64,000 bases of DNA from Phoronis australis (lineage: Eukaryota; Animalia; Phoronida), in NCBI GenBank assembly GCA_002633005.1, contig NMRA01000509.1, forward strand, positions 5,608-69,607, read 5' to 3'. Below are positions 24,320-38,528 of the stretch, in pieces. The notes under the pieces were generated by a model. The model made no database searches and was not told where the DNA came from. It saw nothing but the letters and a program-made list of their open reading frames with translations. The first letter of the stretch is position 1. Every line of letters begins with the position of its first letter. The translations under genes were made by a program, and so were the position numbers.

Positions 24320-24460
24320 CAGGGTCGATTTCAAGAATTATAGCACCTTGCTAGAAATGCAGGATTTCGCGAAATTACGCGAGATGTTGCCGCGTATTTT
24401 CAATGAGAGCACTTGATATTGGCTCGATTTTCTTGCCGCGAAATAGCTATTGAATTCCAG
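24320..24460. mobile_element. Old, degenerate copy of the Harbinger-like MITE family (another partial copy at ~34009-34120)
   Basis: Shares the internal motif TTCGCGA(A/G)ATTAC.CGA.AT.TTG.CG.GTATTTTCAATG with the 20614 copy. Confidence 0.5.
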
Positions 24461-27400
24461 AGGACTGGGACGTTGGAAGGGTAGATAACTGATGGAGTAG
24501 TCTGGCACTCTCCGTTGTCGCCAACTCCTCCCCTACTTGTCTACACTTCAACCCCTGTCTTCAGCCCACGTCCTCCGTCGCCAGTTTCAGCCTCCTCCAC
24601 ATTGCCTGGTTCACCGGTATGTTTCAAATTCTTTTGTTTGTGTCGTTCACGTCATACTCAAGGCCATCGGCCAGCGCATACACACTGCAACTACAAGAAG
24701 AAAGTCGAATTTATGCATTCCCGAAGACTAAATTTATGTCTTCTTGCCAAAAGTAATTGGCTACTAAATGTTTGTAGGGCACAGTTACAAGTTTTTGAAG
24801 GTCACTACACGTAATTACCAGCAGGATCAGTGGAATTTGAGGCGACGCCGTGGTTTGAAAATGTGTGATTGATTGGGGGTGAAATGGCGACTGTAGAGAA
24901 TATTTTGACGACGTTTAATTTGTCTCTGCCTTCCAATGCTTTTTACCTTTAACCCTTTGGGCTTGATATCAAAATATATCCTATTAATCAGACGGAAAGC
25001 AGACTTTTGAATGAGCAACACACTTAATGTTACATTTTACTGGGCATTACGTTCGTGTACGTTATAAGATACGGTGACCATGAATGGTTTCAAATGTATG
25101 CAGTTCGATGGGTCTACTATATTTACTTACTTTATTTATTTTTAAATATTTATTGTAATATTTAAAATGAGGGTGGCCTCTTTAGTGATAGCACGACCCT
25201 CAAAACGCGCATTCCGTCCAAAAACAACTTTTGGTTTAAACCATTTACCGCTAATTGATCTCTATTTATTCCTTGCTCTGACGAGAATTAAATTTCTGGG
25301 TTTACAAAACTTGACTGCGCGTAATTTGGCGAGACTATAATCGGCACATAAAATTGCACGCCGTGACAAGCCAACTTAAAGACCCTGTTCTCAAGCAATA
25401 ACGAGCGGTCAGTTTTTTTCCGAAGCACATGAATCGTCTTTCTGAACTGACTAAATAACAACCGGATTCATGACGGTAAGTTGTCTAAATCAAAAATTAT
25501 TTTTGATGACGGAAAGCGGGATTACAGCAGCTTAACCTTGGTTAAGAATGAGGGCGATTCACCTCCGTCTTGATATTTTTTTACGTGTTTGAATATGCTA
25601 CTGAATGACTAAAACTTCCGGTAGACGTCTTTTACGAATTAAAGGAAGTTGTCGTTTTTACGGCCGGAAAACATATTTGGTTGTTGGATAGGGAGAGACT
25701 TTTTGTGGTTATCAGCTTTGGCTAGAGCTGTAAAACAATAAATCCGTTGTGTTTTGTTATATTTCAAATCGCCAGTTCTCGCTTTTGTCTGTCGGACATT
25801 CGCTGAATCCAAGGACAGTGACTGTACCATTAAGGGTGATCAAAGGTTGCGAGATAAGCTAGCAGAGCTTTTGAAGCGAGCGCGTACTTTGAAGGTTTGT
25901 ATCCCCGCTACAACTAATCTCAGTAAACCACTTATCTTCCCAGCGTGACCGTCAATCAGGCATGACGTTTTTTAACTCTCGTTTCCAAGACCAATGGTTA
26001 TGTAGACCTCACAATATTACACTGTAGTTATAGCCAATACCGATGTCCCGCTCTTTAGAACCAGTTTTCTCCACTGGATAACGGGCAACACACTGATTCT
26101 TTAAATTTAATCCCTCTGTTTTTTCAGTGATTTTTGCCGCTGAAAGTTTTGGCAAAGAGCCTATTTGGCTTCATGGAGTCTCAAATATATTCGTATACAA
26201 TTCGTAAAATTCTGCAGCAAGACAAAAAAGCGTGATTGTCGAAAAAATGATTCGCCTGTAGTTCCGATCTACACCTGATTGCGGCACTGGAGTGGTGATG
26301 CTTCAATGGCGCATAGTGGGCCTCCATCCCGAAATGATTCACTCTTTCCGACTAATGAAAGTCAAACTCACTGTCTTCTAATTTTTTGAAAGCAAGTGCT
26401 ATTGTGACTTTTAAACTACCGTGGTGTTAATGAAAGCATACATGTAGGCCCTATGTCGAAGGCTTGGTTATTTTCTGGCCGAAGACCAGTGAAAAATGCT
26501 TCTGCGTTTAGAAATATGTTTTGTGCGATGTCATAATTTGCTAAAAAGAAATTATGAGTGATCACGTTTGCGCACTTTTTCATCGATATAATGTTATGTG
26601 TAGTTGCAAATGTATTGATTCGCTGCTCGTGGGTTGGTGAGTGCCACGGTTCAACTGTGAATGCCTGTAGTAAACAAACAGGACACTGAGTTCGCTCCAC
26701 TCTGGCATGCTGTATGACAGCAGTTCGAGCAAAGCCACTGAACCGTTACCCTAAATCGGTTTGACAGTTCGTCCCAGCGAGGTTATCAATGAAGGTCACC
26801 GACATCATAAAACAGTGGGTGTACTGTGTATTTACTATTCAGGTTGTTACCGCACCGTACGATATTTCGTTTCTCGTTCAGTCGCGTTCCAGTACAGACA
26901 AACTGTGGCCCGCCAATATTGTAATTGATCTTCCTTCCGGGTATGACGAGTGATCGATTTATCTGCTTCCTTCCAGGTGACGATGGGTTGGTGAGAAATA
27001 ATTAAGAAGCCCGATCAATAACCAGATATCAACAAACTCAGGGCCAAGTATCGTGTTTCCTCGTAACATGGTAAAAATACGTCTGTTGGTATAAAAATAA
27101 AGTTGTCGACAGCGGATGTGAAGGTGGGAGTACAGACCGTCAACTCTGATTTGTTTGTGATAGTGTTTGCCTTGTCTTGGAGTACTGTTCTTAGTCAGAC
27201 GTAGCAGAAAAGCTCGTTCTGTACTAAAAGCGCCTCGACATGGGAGAGATTCTGAGTTGCCACGACACGCGAGCACACACGCTTGACAAATATGCAGGTA
27301 GGTGACAGTACGTGCGACTCTTTTTTAAGCTTCGGCGTCTCGTGTCACCACATCGAATGACGGTCGGTGTTTCAGTCGCCTCCTTACTTGGCACGGCGAC

Positions 27401-29976
27401 ATTCGTCCACACCATCAAATATCATACAACACTGATTGATGACCTTATTTTACATCATTACCGGTCTGATTAGGGTTGCCGTTTTTATATTACATCCGCC
27501 AGTGACGGTTTAGTGTCCTAACTTCTATGTCCTAACCCAGTCTCGCTTTGAGATACGTGTACATTGTGTGGCGTCACAGGGCTAGCTTGTTAGGGGTCCA
27601 GGCCTTGATTTCCAACAGATAAGAATTTTGTTAGGATGGGTTAAAGCTAACAGATTGTCGTGTGATTTGCAAAGTATCACCAGGCTTGCGAGTTTAACGG
27701 TGCAAAGTTCCTAAATCCGGCACTGAAAGAAGAGTAGAGTAATGGCGTTTACACCGTGATATCATGTAGTTACTGGAGAATTCTCAGGTACAGTACCGCG
27801 ATGTTGTTTTCGTTTTCTCTCGAGATCACCATTACTCTAATGACACAAGGGTTGGCAGCGCGCCACTTTTATAGCCGTGTCAACGCACTCCGATTACAGG
27901 ATTAGGCGAGTGCGACTTCGTATACGTTAATCGGGATCTACAGGTAATCTTCCAAAGTCGTTTGAGACCTCTGAGACGAGCGAAATTCGCACCGATGTCG
28001 GACGTGGCTTAACTTAAACTGACAAATCGCATGCGACTTTTAAGCTCAAAAAATCGAACCGGAATATTGTTTTGCGTGATAACCGGGCATAGCAAATTAA
28101 GTTGTCTACGAATAATTATGTGTCTAAATAGCGCCAAAAGAAGACACCGTGTCATTTCTAAACACATTTAGCATTGTATGTTTCTTGCGCCTCAATTTTA
28201 TGACTGTGTATGGCTAAGGGTTAGGGTCGTTGTTATGAATTGCCGACCTGTGAACGACCGAATGAATGATTCACACGTAATTATCATGTCATGATTCGGG
28301 TATGTTTAAAAAGAGATGTCTACAGATACTAACTTCCCTCCGCAGCGCATGTCAGACGAATGAGTGGACGGTCATGTCTGGCTTGTTTGCTAAACACCCT
28401 CGACAGATCGGGATCGCATTAAAATAAAGGCCTTGCCACTGGGTGATTGTTGTGACAGCGTCATTTTCGCGAGAATGAATCCAAGGAATGTCATACACCG
28501 GACAGCGCAGAATTAGAATCCTATTCAATTTTTTAACATCTCTTCATCTATAACACCATGTCATCGATCATGCGATGAAATGCACTCTTTTCCTGGTAAG
28601 TGACTGACTGACATTTCTTATAATAAGGGGAAGTTATCTGTAGTCTAAATAATTGTTTTTTTCTCGGATTGATGGGTTGTTTTGGTGCAGCCGCCTGCTT
28701 GTGAAACCGCGGCTAATTCATACATGTATGTTAGACTGTCACGATGGCAGGGTAGAGAAAACGACGTAGGTCATGAACGTGTTAAGACATTACCTTGGTC
28801 TGTTTGGGGGCGTACATGTATATGGGGGCGTATATTTATCTGAGCCTCCGGTGCACTGTTGCATGGAATAGTCTTAAATAGGAACTCAGCTACGTTCCCT
28901 AAATCTTCAGCGTATTTTTGGCTTTGTTTAGACAAAATGATATGTTTTTCTGTCACTTCAATCTGTATTATGAACTCCTCTTTGAATAATGTCATTTTCT
29001 AATACCATACATGTATATTATAAGAACTTATTTCAATGAAAGGGAACAGGGACTAAGTCATTAAATTAGGGCGTTGCACGTAAAGTTCTCTAATTATTTT
29101 CAATAAGAATGAGAATTCAACATACAGTTCACTCTCAGTCTGTATCCAGGCCAAAACTTGACTTAGTAATGGAAAAAGGTAAGAACAATCGGTGCTTTCA
29201 GAAGTCCTCAAATGCGGTGAGAAGTTAAGGAGCCTACCGGTTGAAACGCTATCCTGTTTGGGACTATTTTATGCAAGGGAACAGCCGTCCTATAATCTGC
29301 CCCCACAGCACTATTCTGTTGGCACTGTCAACTAGGAGAGTCATTAACTATAACAGCCGTATCGACTGATTTACATGCATGAATGTTTTTAAGAGTATGT
29401 CTGTGTTGGTGTATCTGCACGCACAATGTCCAGTTGGTATATGAATGTACATGTATGGATGGACGGGTGGATACCAGTAACCATGGTCTTCAATTTCTAC
29501 ATGCTCATTACTACAATCATGAGCTTTAGTAGCTGACTGTGGAGCAGTTATATATACCACACAGAATAAGCAAAAGAATTGTCGATCCATACCGTGTTCA
29601 TGGTTCCTCATTAATCAATTTGAAAGGCGTCTAGTAAAAATGCTTCTTGTTTACCTGACGTCCTGACGTACCACTTGCTGTCTACTTGTGGGCATAGACA
29701 CCCAGTCTACCTGAACAACACGTCTCACGAACTCATAACCTCGCACTCGCGAACACTTCTCACAGACCTGTATCATAAATTCACGGACTCGTGAACGCGG
29801 ACGCGCACTCACAAAAACTGCTTACCCACCCAAAACCCTCGGCTCGCGGACTGCAAACACTGCTTCAGCGCCTTCTAATACTGCTAATGGAGTATTGGTG
29901 GCGTACATGAACTTGATTCTCAGTCTTGTGATTCAGTGAGGCCTGTCTCTGTGTCTGTTTCATGTAAAGCATGCAC

Positions 29977-30110
29977 CAGTGGCGGATTTACAGGGAGGCC
30001 AAGGGCGCCATACCCCCCTCCCCTGAAATTCTCGTAGATTACATTTGGCGGTTAGAGTGTGCGAATGNCCGCCCCCCCCCCCCCAACACAAATTCCTGGA
30101 TCCGCTCCTG
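29977..30110. mobile_element. CAGTGGCGGAT-family MITE with perfect 5-bp TSD
   Basis: TIR CAGTGGCGGAT / ATCCGCTCCTG; TSD TGCAC at 29972-29976 and 30111-30115. Confidence 0.8.
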
Positions 30111-33100
30111 TGCACGCACCCAGGGGACAGGGGGGGAGACAAGAGTCCACTAAATAGGCTGGAATTCGACGAATGCTCTGAACGTACCCAGCGTTTTTTG
30201 TTTTAGTAAAAGGTTTCGCATTTTCAAAAATTCGAGCTCCTTATTTTTTAGGCTGGGTGCCCGCATGGAAAATGACGTACTAGACTTATGAGAGAACGGT
30301 CTTGCGCTCCTACTTCACAATTTCCAAATAAAGTTATCGTCATCTCATTATTAACATGTCACTAGCTGAAAATAAGTTGTATAAATTGTCTCAATAAGTT
30401 ATAGTTGTGGCTATATTCTCAAATATTCTTTTTCTTAACTGAGTTTTGATTATTTTTTAGAAATAATTGTATGGATCATGAGATGAATTTTTCTGTCTTA
30501 AGTCACTTTCACGAAACAGGCAGCTGTTTTGGATGCCTGAAGTTGTGCTTTGCAAGTCCGTCTGCCAAGTGTACATGTCTGCGAGCAGTCTGGTAGGTGA
30601 ACCGTGTAGTTCGGGTAGCCTGACACTGAATACAACCTGTCAACGTGAAACATGTCTAGGGCCTAGGGGTCGCCGATATGTGATGCTTGTTAGAGACGAA
30701 CGGTGACTTTTAAAGGTTAATGTTGTTGCAAAATATTAAATACACCTTTTAAAACGTGGACGTCTGGAAGAAAAAACCCATGGCATATGCTCAGTCAGGA
30801 ATGCCCTCTACTGAAATTGGCATTGCGACTGATACCGAAATGCGCTTTTAAAATCGTGAAGTAATTTAGCGATAGTCCATGTGCTGACCTAGGGTATGAT
30901 TCTGAATCCTAATGCCGACTCTGAAATGCACTAGTCATGGCAGTTATGATGTAAAGTATGCAGTCTCGAATCCAACCGAGTTTCTTCAGTAGCTGAACAA
31001 TGCCCTAACGGAAAGACCCATGACGTAGTGAATTACTGATGACATTCGTGTTTTGTTCAGAAAAATATTGAGCCGACGATGCTACGAGCTGATACGCCTC
31101 TATTGTATAAAACTATGTATTCACACAGCTAAATCAGTAGTTAGTTAATACTAGTATCGCAGCAGGTCTACAACACCACTGCTTTCAGTACACGGGTCAT
31201 TACATCATGTGTGTTCAGTCATAGGTTGGCTCATTGGTTGGCCATAGCTTCTGGCATCGTCAGCTTACGCAATGAGCCGAGTGCTTACGTAAGTTGTGCA
31301 ATCTTTGGGTTGTGTTTACTCCATGCCAGATCTCCGATTCTGCGTCCCAATTTGTACATTGCCTTCGTCTCTATCTAGGCGTCCAACATCCTCAGCTGTT
31401 ATCTACTACACCCTTGGCAGGATCTTTATGCAATGTTTGGTAGATATGTGCCTATGAGGCTGGCGAGTTTCAATCTACTCTGACCAGACTACCGGTGTGT
31501 CCCGTAGTGGCAATTTTGATTGTTTACATTTGCCTCTGCGTTCGGTGTTCCTTGATGTATTGCCATGAAATTTGACAGGCATGTTGTTTTTTTTTTCCTA
31601 TTTTCGGACGGATTGCAAATATTTGGTCCAACCTGGTTGCCGTAATTATTATTATTAGTTTCGAATCTTGTGTTTTGGCTTCCGTCTTTCTATTCGCTAA
31701 ACAGCTAAACAATTCGAAAATCGGCAGATATGTCCTTACTCACAAGAGCAAGAGCGACACCGATAATTTTCGAATAGGTCTTCTCCTCAATATCCTGTGT
31801 AAGGCTAGCATTTCTTCGAATTGTTGGTGGTGTGTTCTGAAACCACATTTTGTTAACTAAATTGTACGTTCTAATTTGGTCACTGCGGTCACATTTTGAG
31901 CTACTGAGGTTAAATTGGACTGAGTATAACAAACATTGTCGCTCTGCTATGAGTTACTAAGTGTACTGTAATCAACACTATATGCTTGCATTCTAACCGC
32001 TCCGCCTATCAACTAAGTATTTTACGCTGGCAATACCTATTCCATTGCATCCTTCACAACGCTCGTTAGCAACCTGATACGAGAATGCCATCTGAGAAGC
32101 TTAACCACGTAATTTATCCATTTCTCAGCTATTATAAGTTAATGACAACTTCTGTATAGCCAATCAACAGGTAGTCTATGCAGGTCATCAAATCTTTTCA
32201 ATGTAGCTGAAACTTAAAACCTCTAGACAGAATTAAAGTAAACACGCATTGTTGTCTGTGGCTCGTGCACGTTATTCGTTGTAACTTTATAATTTTCTGC
32301 TGAACAGACTGTAAAACAAGTTAAGACTAAGCCATTATTTTTGACGATTAACTCCTGGAGTATGCGGCAAACTCATCCGAGTGATCGTCGGAGAGAAAAG
32401 AGAGACCAGCCTCAGCGTCACCCCGATATGACCACAGTGTAACATTCTGCTGGCGGAAACAAAACTCCTCTCCTGGCTGAGTGTTTAGTATTCCACTGGT
32501 AAAATCACCGTAACTTCTGACAGACAACGAAAAGAATTGACCTGAAATAAAATAAAAGAAATTACAACTGATTTTCTTGCGCAATAGCTGTGGTCAAAGC
32601 CAATAATTTCAAGTCTACCCAATCGATAACAATGCCAAAATGTATTTTCGGCCATAAGAACGATCATCTGTTACTTGAACATATCTAATAAATGTTTTCC
32701 TGGATTCTATTGATGCCCAATGAATTCAAATTGGTGTTTGTTTTCAACACGTTACGTGGATATGGCAGCGTTTTATAGACTGTGTCGTGCGAAAATACAC
32801 CTGTCTATAGAATTACTCGTTTTCGAGAAATCGGTTTAAAACTTTTCTTGATACAGACGTGTTAATAAGAATCAGAGGTTGGCCGTATGTACGTTTGGCG
32901 CACTTGTTGTGTATGAAATAGTAGTGAGCTTTGATGAAGGTCTATTGGGCTATGAACCTGCCAAGTTTGCTGTTACAATAGCCTCCGTTTTCCATTGCGG
33001 CAAACCAAATTCTCTAAATCTAGGTGAGGTATTTCCAGCTTCCAAAACCACTCTTCCACGTGATGCGGCGAAGAATGTCATCTGTGCTCATTTCACGAAC

Positions 33101-36100
33101 CCAATGTGTGGGCAACCGGAAAATGGTCAGCTATTAACAAAACCCAAACCCTAGATAATATCGCTTTCGCGGACCTTCTTTCCGCCCTCGGTCGTCACTT
33201 ATTGCGTTTCTCATCTTCAAACGACACTTTACTCGCAGGAGACCATAACTAAAAAAGTGTCCAGGCACCGTAGTTTTCGGCACGTTCCTTCCAGCTCCAT
33301 CTGTTGGAGATAACCCTGGGACCGCGAAAAAGGGAAATGGTAATTGAGACCAATGCGTTTGCATCGAAGACCTGGCGACAATTAAACTCATGATCAAAAT
33401 GACTCAATTAAATTGGATCTCTGCTGACAACGGATTCAAATTTCCGTCACTGTTCCAGTAACTAACATCTGGCTTTTATAAAACCTGTTGTTGGAATTTC
33501 CCGTAATTAGAATCTGGGTGGACTATGTGTTTAAACATTGGCACGCGACGAGGGATGATTAGAAAAATAAAAACCAGGAGCCAGCACTTCTGTTGTTTCT
33601 ATTTTAACCAAAAAGACAGCGCATGTACAACTACTACCCCCTTCCGAAAGTGCTATATAATACTGTGGCATTGTCATAAATCAATGCGAAAAGGTCGTTT
33701 CGGTGTTCCTTGATAATCCATTGGCGACAGACGATGTGCGAAGCGACGAGGAGGCAAGGCACAGCTCGAACTGCTTCACGTGAGCTTGTGGTGTAGTTAT
33801 GAACTGTTCAATGAAGATGTCTCTCAGCAGAATGCGCGCTGGCGTGTACATGCAGTCACGTGAATAAAAAATAGTCACCCTTTTCGAAGTAGCCTCCGAG
33901 CTGGAGATCTGCATGAACGTAGACCACTTTTGAGTGCCGAAAAAATGCATGGAAACTCGCACGTTAAACGTTTAAGACTTTTAAAAGGTTGACCAAACCT
34001 TGGTTTAAGTTCATTAACGCTAGGGCTTCTCTAGAAAAGCAAGACTTCGCGAGATTACACGAAATATTGGCGTGTATTTTCAATGTTATCACGGGGTTTT
34101 GACTTCAAATTTTCTAGCCGCCAGACAGTTATTGACCTCCACTCAGTTTTGGGGATTTCAATCGGTCTTTTTCTGTCCCCCTTCTAACGCAGTATTGGCG
34201 TCTCACTTGAGTGGTGAAGGGGGCAATTCCGCACATACATGTAGTCACTGTGTCACAGAATGGATATTGTGGTTCTCGGGTGTGTGGTACTTAAGCGAAA
34301 AAATCCTTTTCAAAGAACATCATTAAGTAGCATATAAAACTCACGATTCTGCGCTAAAAAGTATATGTGGGCTATTTAATAAAAGGTCAGTCTGAGAAAA
34401 TATTGCGTCCTCTTTTGGCGGAACCATTCTCTTCCGCATGGTGGTCTGTATGTGAAACTGAGTTGGTGATTGTTAACATTTATACATTCTTTCTCTGAAA
34501 ATCACGGTTTAGTTCTGTCTTTCTGAAAAATTCCTCTCCATAGCTTTATCGCTCCGAATATCTAGGGTATTTTCGTTGTCTCAACTATCTCTCGAAGGAA
34601 AAAATGATCCACGTATGTGGGAACTTCGGACACACTGTTAGTTATGTGACTTTTAAAGTGGTGAATGATTTGCATTATGTGACTGATGGTCGCACATGCG
34701 CAGATAACTTTTAAGTTCGAGAGGAAACTTGATGTGAGTACAGTAGTAAATCAGTGGTTTGTTCTACCAAAATGATAGAGATAAGCTTCCGTGGCGAAAA
34801 GCATGCTCGTTGCTACGCTTGCACGACTCAGGGGTAGGCAGACATTCGTGACGAATTGCTCTCAGTCTCGGGGAAATCCCCAATCTTATATCATTTGCAT
34901 GATAACGACCCAGTGTGATTATGAAACCGACTTTGCCTTAGACAATAGATGGCGCACGCCATTGCTTTAAGGTTTTTGATACTTGGTCATGCTATGGAAC
35001 TAGTTTGGATGTCCTACGCTGATGTGTTGACAAAAATGTATTCATTTTAGTCGAAAGACATCATTACAACATTTTCTCAAGTAAAACAACGCAAGATATT
35101 GTTTTACTGACACATTTTAAAATTGACGAAAAGTAAAATGCATCATCGAAAATTAAAACCTTAAGCGAATTCAGTTTTCTACGAAAGTTTTGAAATAATT
35201 GACATCATAGTCAAAGACGCTGAATAGGTTTGCGTTTCATTATAACCATAGTACAGTGAGAACAGTGTGTAACCTATCTGGATCCCGGAACTCATTTGGA
35301 ATATTAATTCGATTTTTATTTGCAAAAATTAACTGAGGTCGACTTCCTAACATCCCGTGTGTTAATTATGTTTAGCGTTTAAACAATCAATGTCAGACGT
35401 GTTGAGTACGTGATGATGAAAGTATATGTAATTTGCGTCCATGGCGAGATTATATTTTACGTGTTTTTTAAATATCGTCCATAAACTGCTCTAATTGAAC
35501 TTCCGTTATTCATGTCTTTTCCAAATTAACATTTGCCGGTCTGCGTTTGTATGCTAGATATTCTTGTGGAGGGTCGTGTATCCACCTGTATCCAAACCCG
35601 ACACTCACTCATTTCTGTGCTCATTTTTTTGTCCCTGCTTTCCCTCTCCATTGACATAAATAATTGATATACCACGTGGCATGGCCGCCCAGATACACGC
35701 GCACCAAGCCGTGGCCTCGATAATGTTCCCTGGTTTCATGTTATGGTAGCATCCTTTTAGGTGTCTTCTAGAGTTAGCGAAGTTCCCGTTGTTATTTTCC
35801 GACGTCATTCCTCGGCTGAGTACACCTTTGTAAACTCATACCGTGACATATTTACTTAAGATCTCGTGTCGCAAAAATACTGCACAAAGGCGCTTTTATA
35901 AACGGGTATCTAAATAGCTTGTAATAATTTCTAATCTTACAGGTGGCATATGCGAATTTGATCTGTTCAGATTCCCGGGCTGTGATTGGTCGCTTTTAGG
36001 CCAATGTGATTTGTACTACTTTATTCTACTCGTGACTTCGCCATTCATTGCGTTTAATCAATTTTAATGTAAAACTGAGACCACCAGATTCGTACTATCG

Positions 36101-38292
36101 ACATGTTAGCACATTGATCCCTGCAAACGATGTTACCACAACGCGATCTACATGTAGTTATTCTAGAAACAGGTTACGGCACAATATTATGGCCCTCAAA
36201 GGTACAAGGCTACACGAAAATGTATTTACAATTCTATACTGGATTAAAGTGCATCTTATTTTCGAACTGACTTTCAAAAACTTTGACGATAGTCGCAGCT
36301 TTATGGAAATTGGGAAATCAGTGCTCTGGGTCGCGGAACTCGCTTAATGGATACGAAAAATATTAGATCATGTATCTAGAAATTTAAACATTTTTGCAGC
36401 TTTACAGCGCCACCCATGGCCGAACAAGGGGTTGAATGTTATCAAATGAATTCTTCACTTGTCTTCCGGTATCTCATTGCGATCTAATTAGTAGTTTCAG
36501 ACGTTTCCTTTCTCTGCTCAACAATGGTGGGGTTTAATTAACACAAGTAACTCGAATATATCAACGGATATTCATGAATGTTAATTATGAAGGCAAATAA
36601 TGCGAACGCATACTGTATGTCGTCTGTTATGTTGGTTGACGGAAGATTGGTTATATTTGTTCAGATATCCGCGACGTTGTTGACGTCCATGTGAGGGATT
36701 AATCTCGGCTCTTGACTATAAAGTCCAAGCTCATTTACACTGACATTTTTTCTGTTTCCTGAAATTTAAAATGCAGAATCTGTTTCCATCAATTTAAGGA
36801 TGGCAGTAAAATTGGTGAATTTTATGGACACTTCACTTCGTCTGCGGTTTTTGAAAGAACAATATGAAAATCGCTTTATCCGGCGTCGAAAAACATTTTG
36901 AACATTTTGAGGATCATCATTGAACGGGATAGACTTGTTAAAGCTAATGGGCTTTGAGCAGAGATACGAAATAATGATCGTTTTTTTTTCGTCATTTTAT
37001 TACAAGTGGTCAACTTGACCACCTAACTACACTTAAATACTTTGCCATTAATCGAGTGCGGTTATTACCTCCATCTAAGCGTTTCGCTGAGGGCGCAAAG
37101 GTTTCTGGTTCGATTCCCGTTGGGCCTGATTTGAGAAAATCACTTTTCTCTCCGATAATGCCACGTTCTAGTAACGACAAAAATAACCTATCGCAATGTA
37201 CAAAAATCCATACTACTACATCGATTCAATGTCCATTTGGAATGCTGCATCTGAATCGTGGTTTGGGAGGGCTGGTCAACCATATGATTGACTTTTGTCG
37301 TCTATTTATGTGAATGCTAAAGTGTCCTTTGTGACATCGGTAATGAGTTTTGCTATGTCATTTTGTCACCATTTTTTAGCTTTGGCCGCGGTTTTTTAGA
37401 CAGCTAAGCAGAGGGAACTATAACCTCAGGGTGTTTACTTATACATGTACTTTAAATGTGCTTTGATGAAATAGCATCAACTGATATGGTCCGTTAACGC
37501 TCTACCTAAAGTTGCCTTCTGAAACTAAAACAGCTTTAAAAAGCATCGTGGTAATCCGAACACTAGAGGTTTCAGGTGCCCCATACTGTGTATTCAGTTG
37601 AAAAAATACTCAATCTGTTGTCAACGTTGTTGAAGTAAACGTAAGAGCTATACATACACTCCAAGTCGAAAGTTTTTCACTACCGGTTTGGCACAAGTTT
37701 CGATCCAGATCGTCTTAGTCATAAAAGCTCAACACTGCTGACATACAAGTTAACGCTTCGTTCGAGTCATTCCTGTTTGAGCATTTGTTTGTATGCGCAT
37801 GGTTTGCAGACGATGCAACTCATTGAAAAGCCGCGCAGGATACACACGCATTCCTTAGGGTATTGCCTGCCAATATTCCTTCTTGGTCTTGTCTTCGGAT
37901 AAACGGAGTGGAGAAATGCTAATATTCCAGGCTGAAGCGCATTCAATGTTCACTGATGCAGTTTCAAGGCGATGAGTAAGTTACAAACAAATTACATTCG
38001 TCCCCAAGATTTGTGAATTTAGCGACAAATCTCTTTCAAAGGCTTAATTAACTAAGTCATTTTACTCAATGTTGTCATATGTGTTTGATTTCCTCGGTGT
38101 TGCTCATATGACTTTATTTCAAGAGGCTTAAACTCCAATATTGGTCAGTTATGCTAAACTAATAGCGTGGTGCTCGGTTAGTTAATTCAGAAACAAATTG
38201 ACGCTCTCTATGAGCTTTTTCAACCTCCGCAATGTTTACTAGGTTTGTCCTGCCCTTACTATTCGCCCAATCTGAATGTACGTGCGTTACTA

Positions 38293-38528
38293 TTAAAGAT
38301 TGGCCAAAGGGATTCCCGTTCCAATTTCAAAATGCTATCCTTTTGGTGGAGTATAGTGTTTCCAGAAGGTTTCTCCAACTTAACTGAATTCTTATAAGAA
38401 GTTTTAGTTTATTATTTTGGTGGTGCACCACCTAGAATGACCGCCGTAGTGAGTGAGAGCTGACTCATGGATTATGGGTACTCTCTCAACTGCTGTCATA
38501 TACATGTTTGTAGATGTTTGCGCTTTAA
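38293..38528. repeat. Dispersed repeat; an inverted relative lies at ~56440-56670
   Basis: TTTTGGTGGTGCACCACC...GAGTGA.AGCTGA.TCATG.ATTA.GGG is present as its reverse complement at ~56490-56560. Confidence 0.55.

Noticed and set aside
24485-24617. Pro/Ser-rich segment ending at a GTATGT donor as an exon of the CARD-LRR gene
   Set aside because: The Pro-rich frame ends in phase 0 (phase 1 is needed), and there is no good acceptor or in-frame ATG.
37060-37130. tRNA/SINE head (GGTTCGATTCC)
   Set aside because: Only a B-box; no convincing A-box or cloverleaf.
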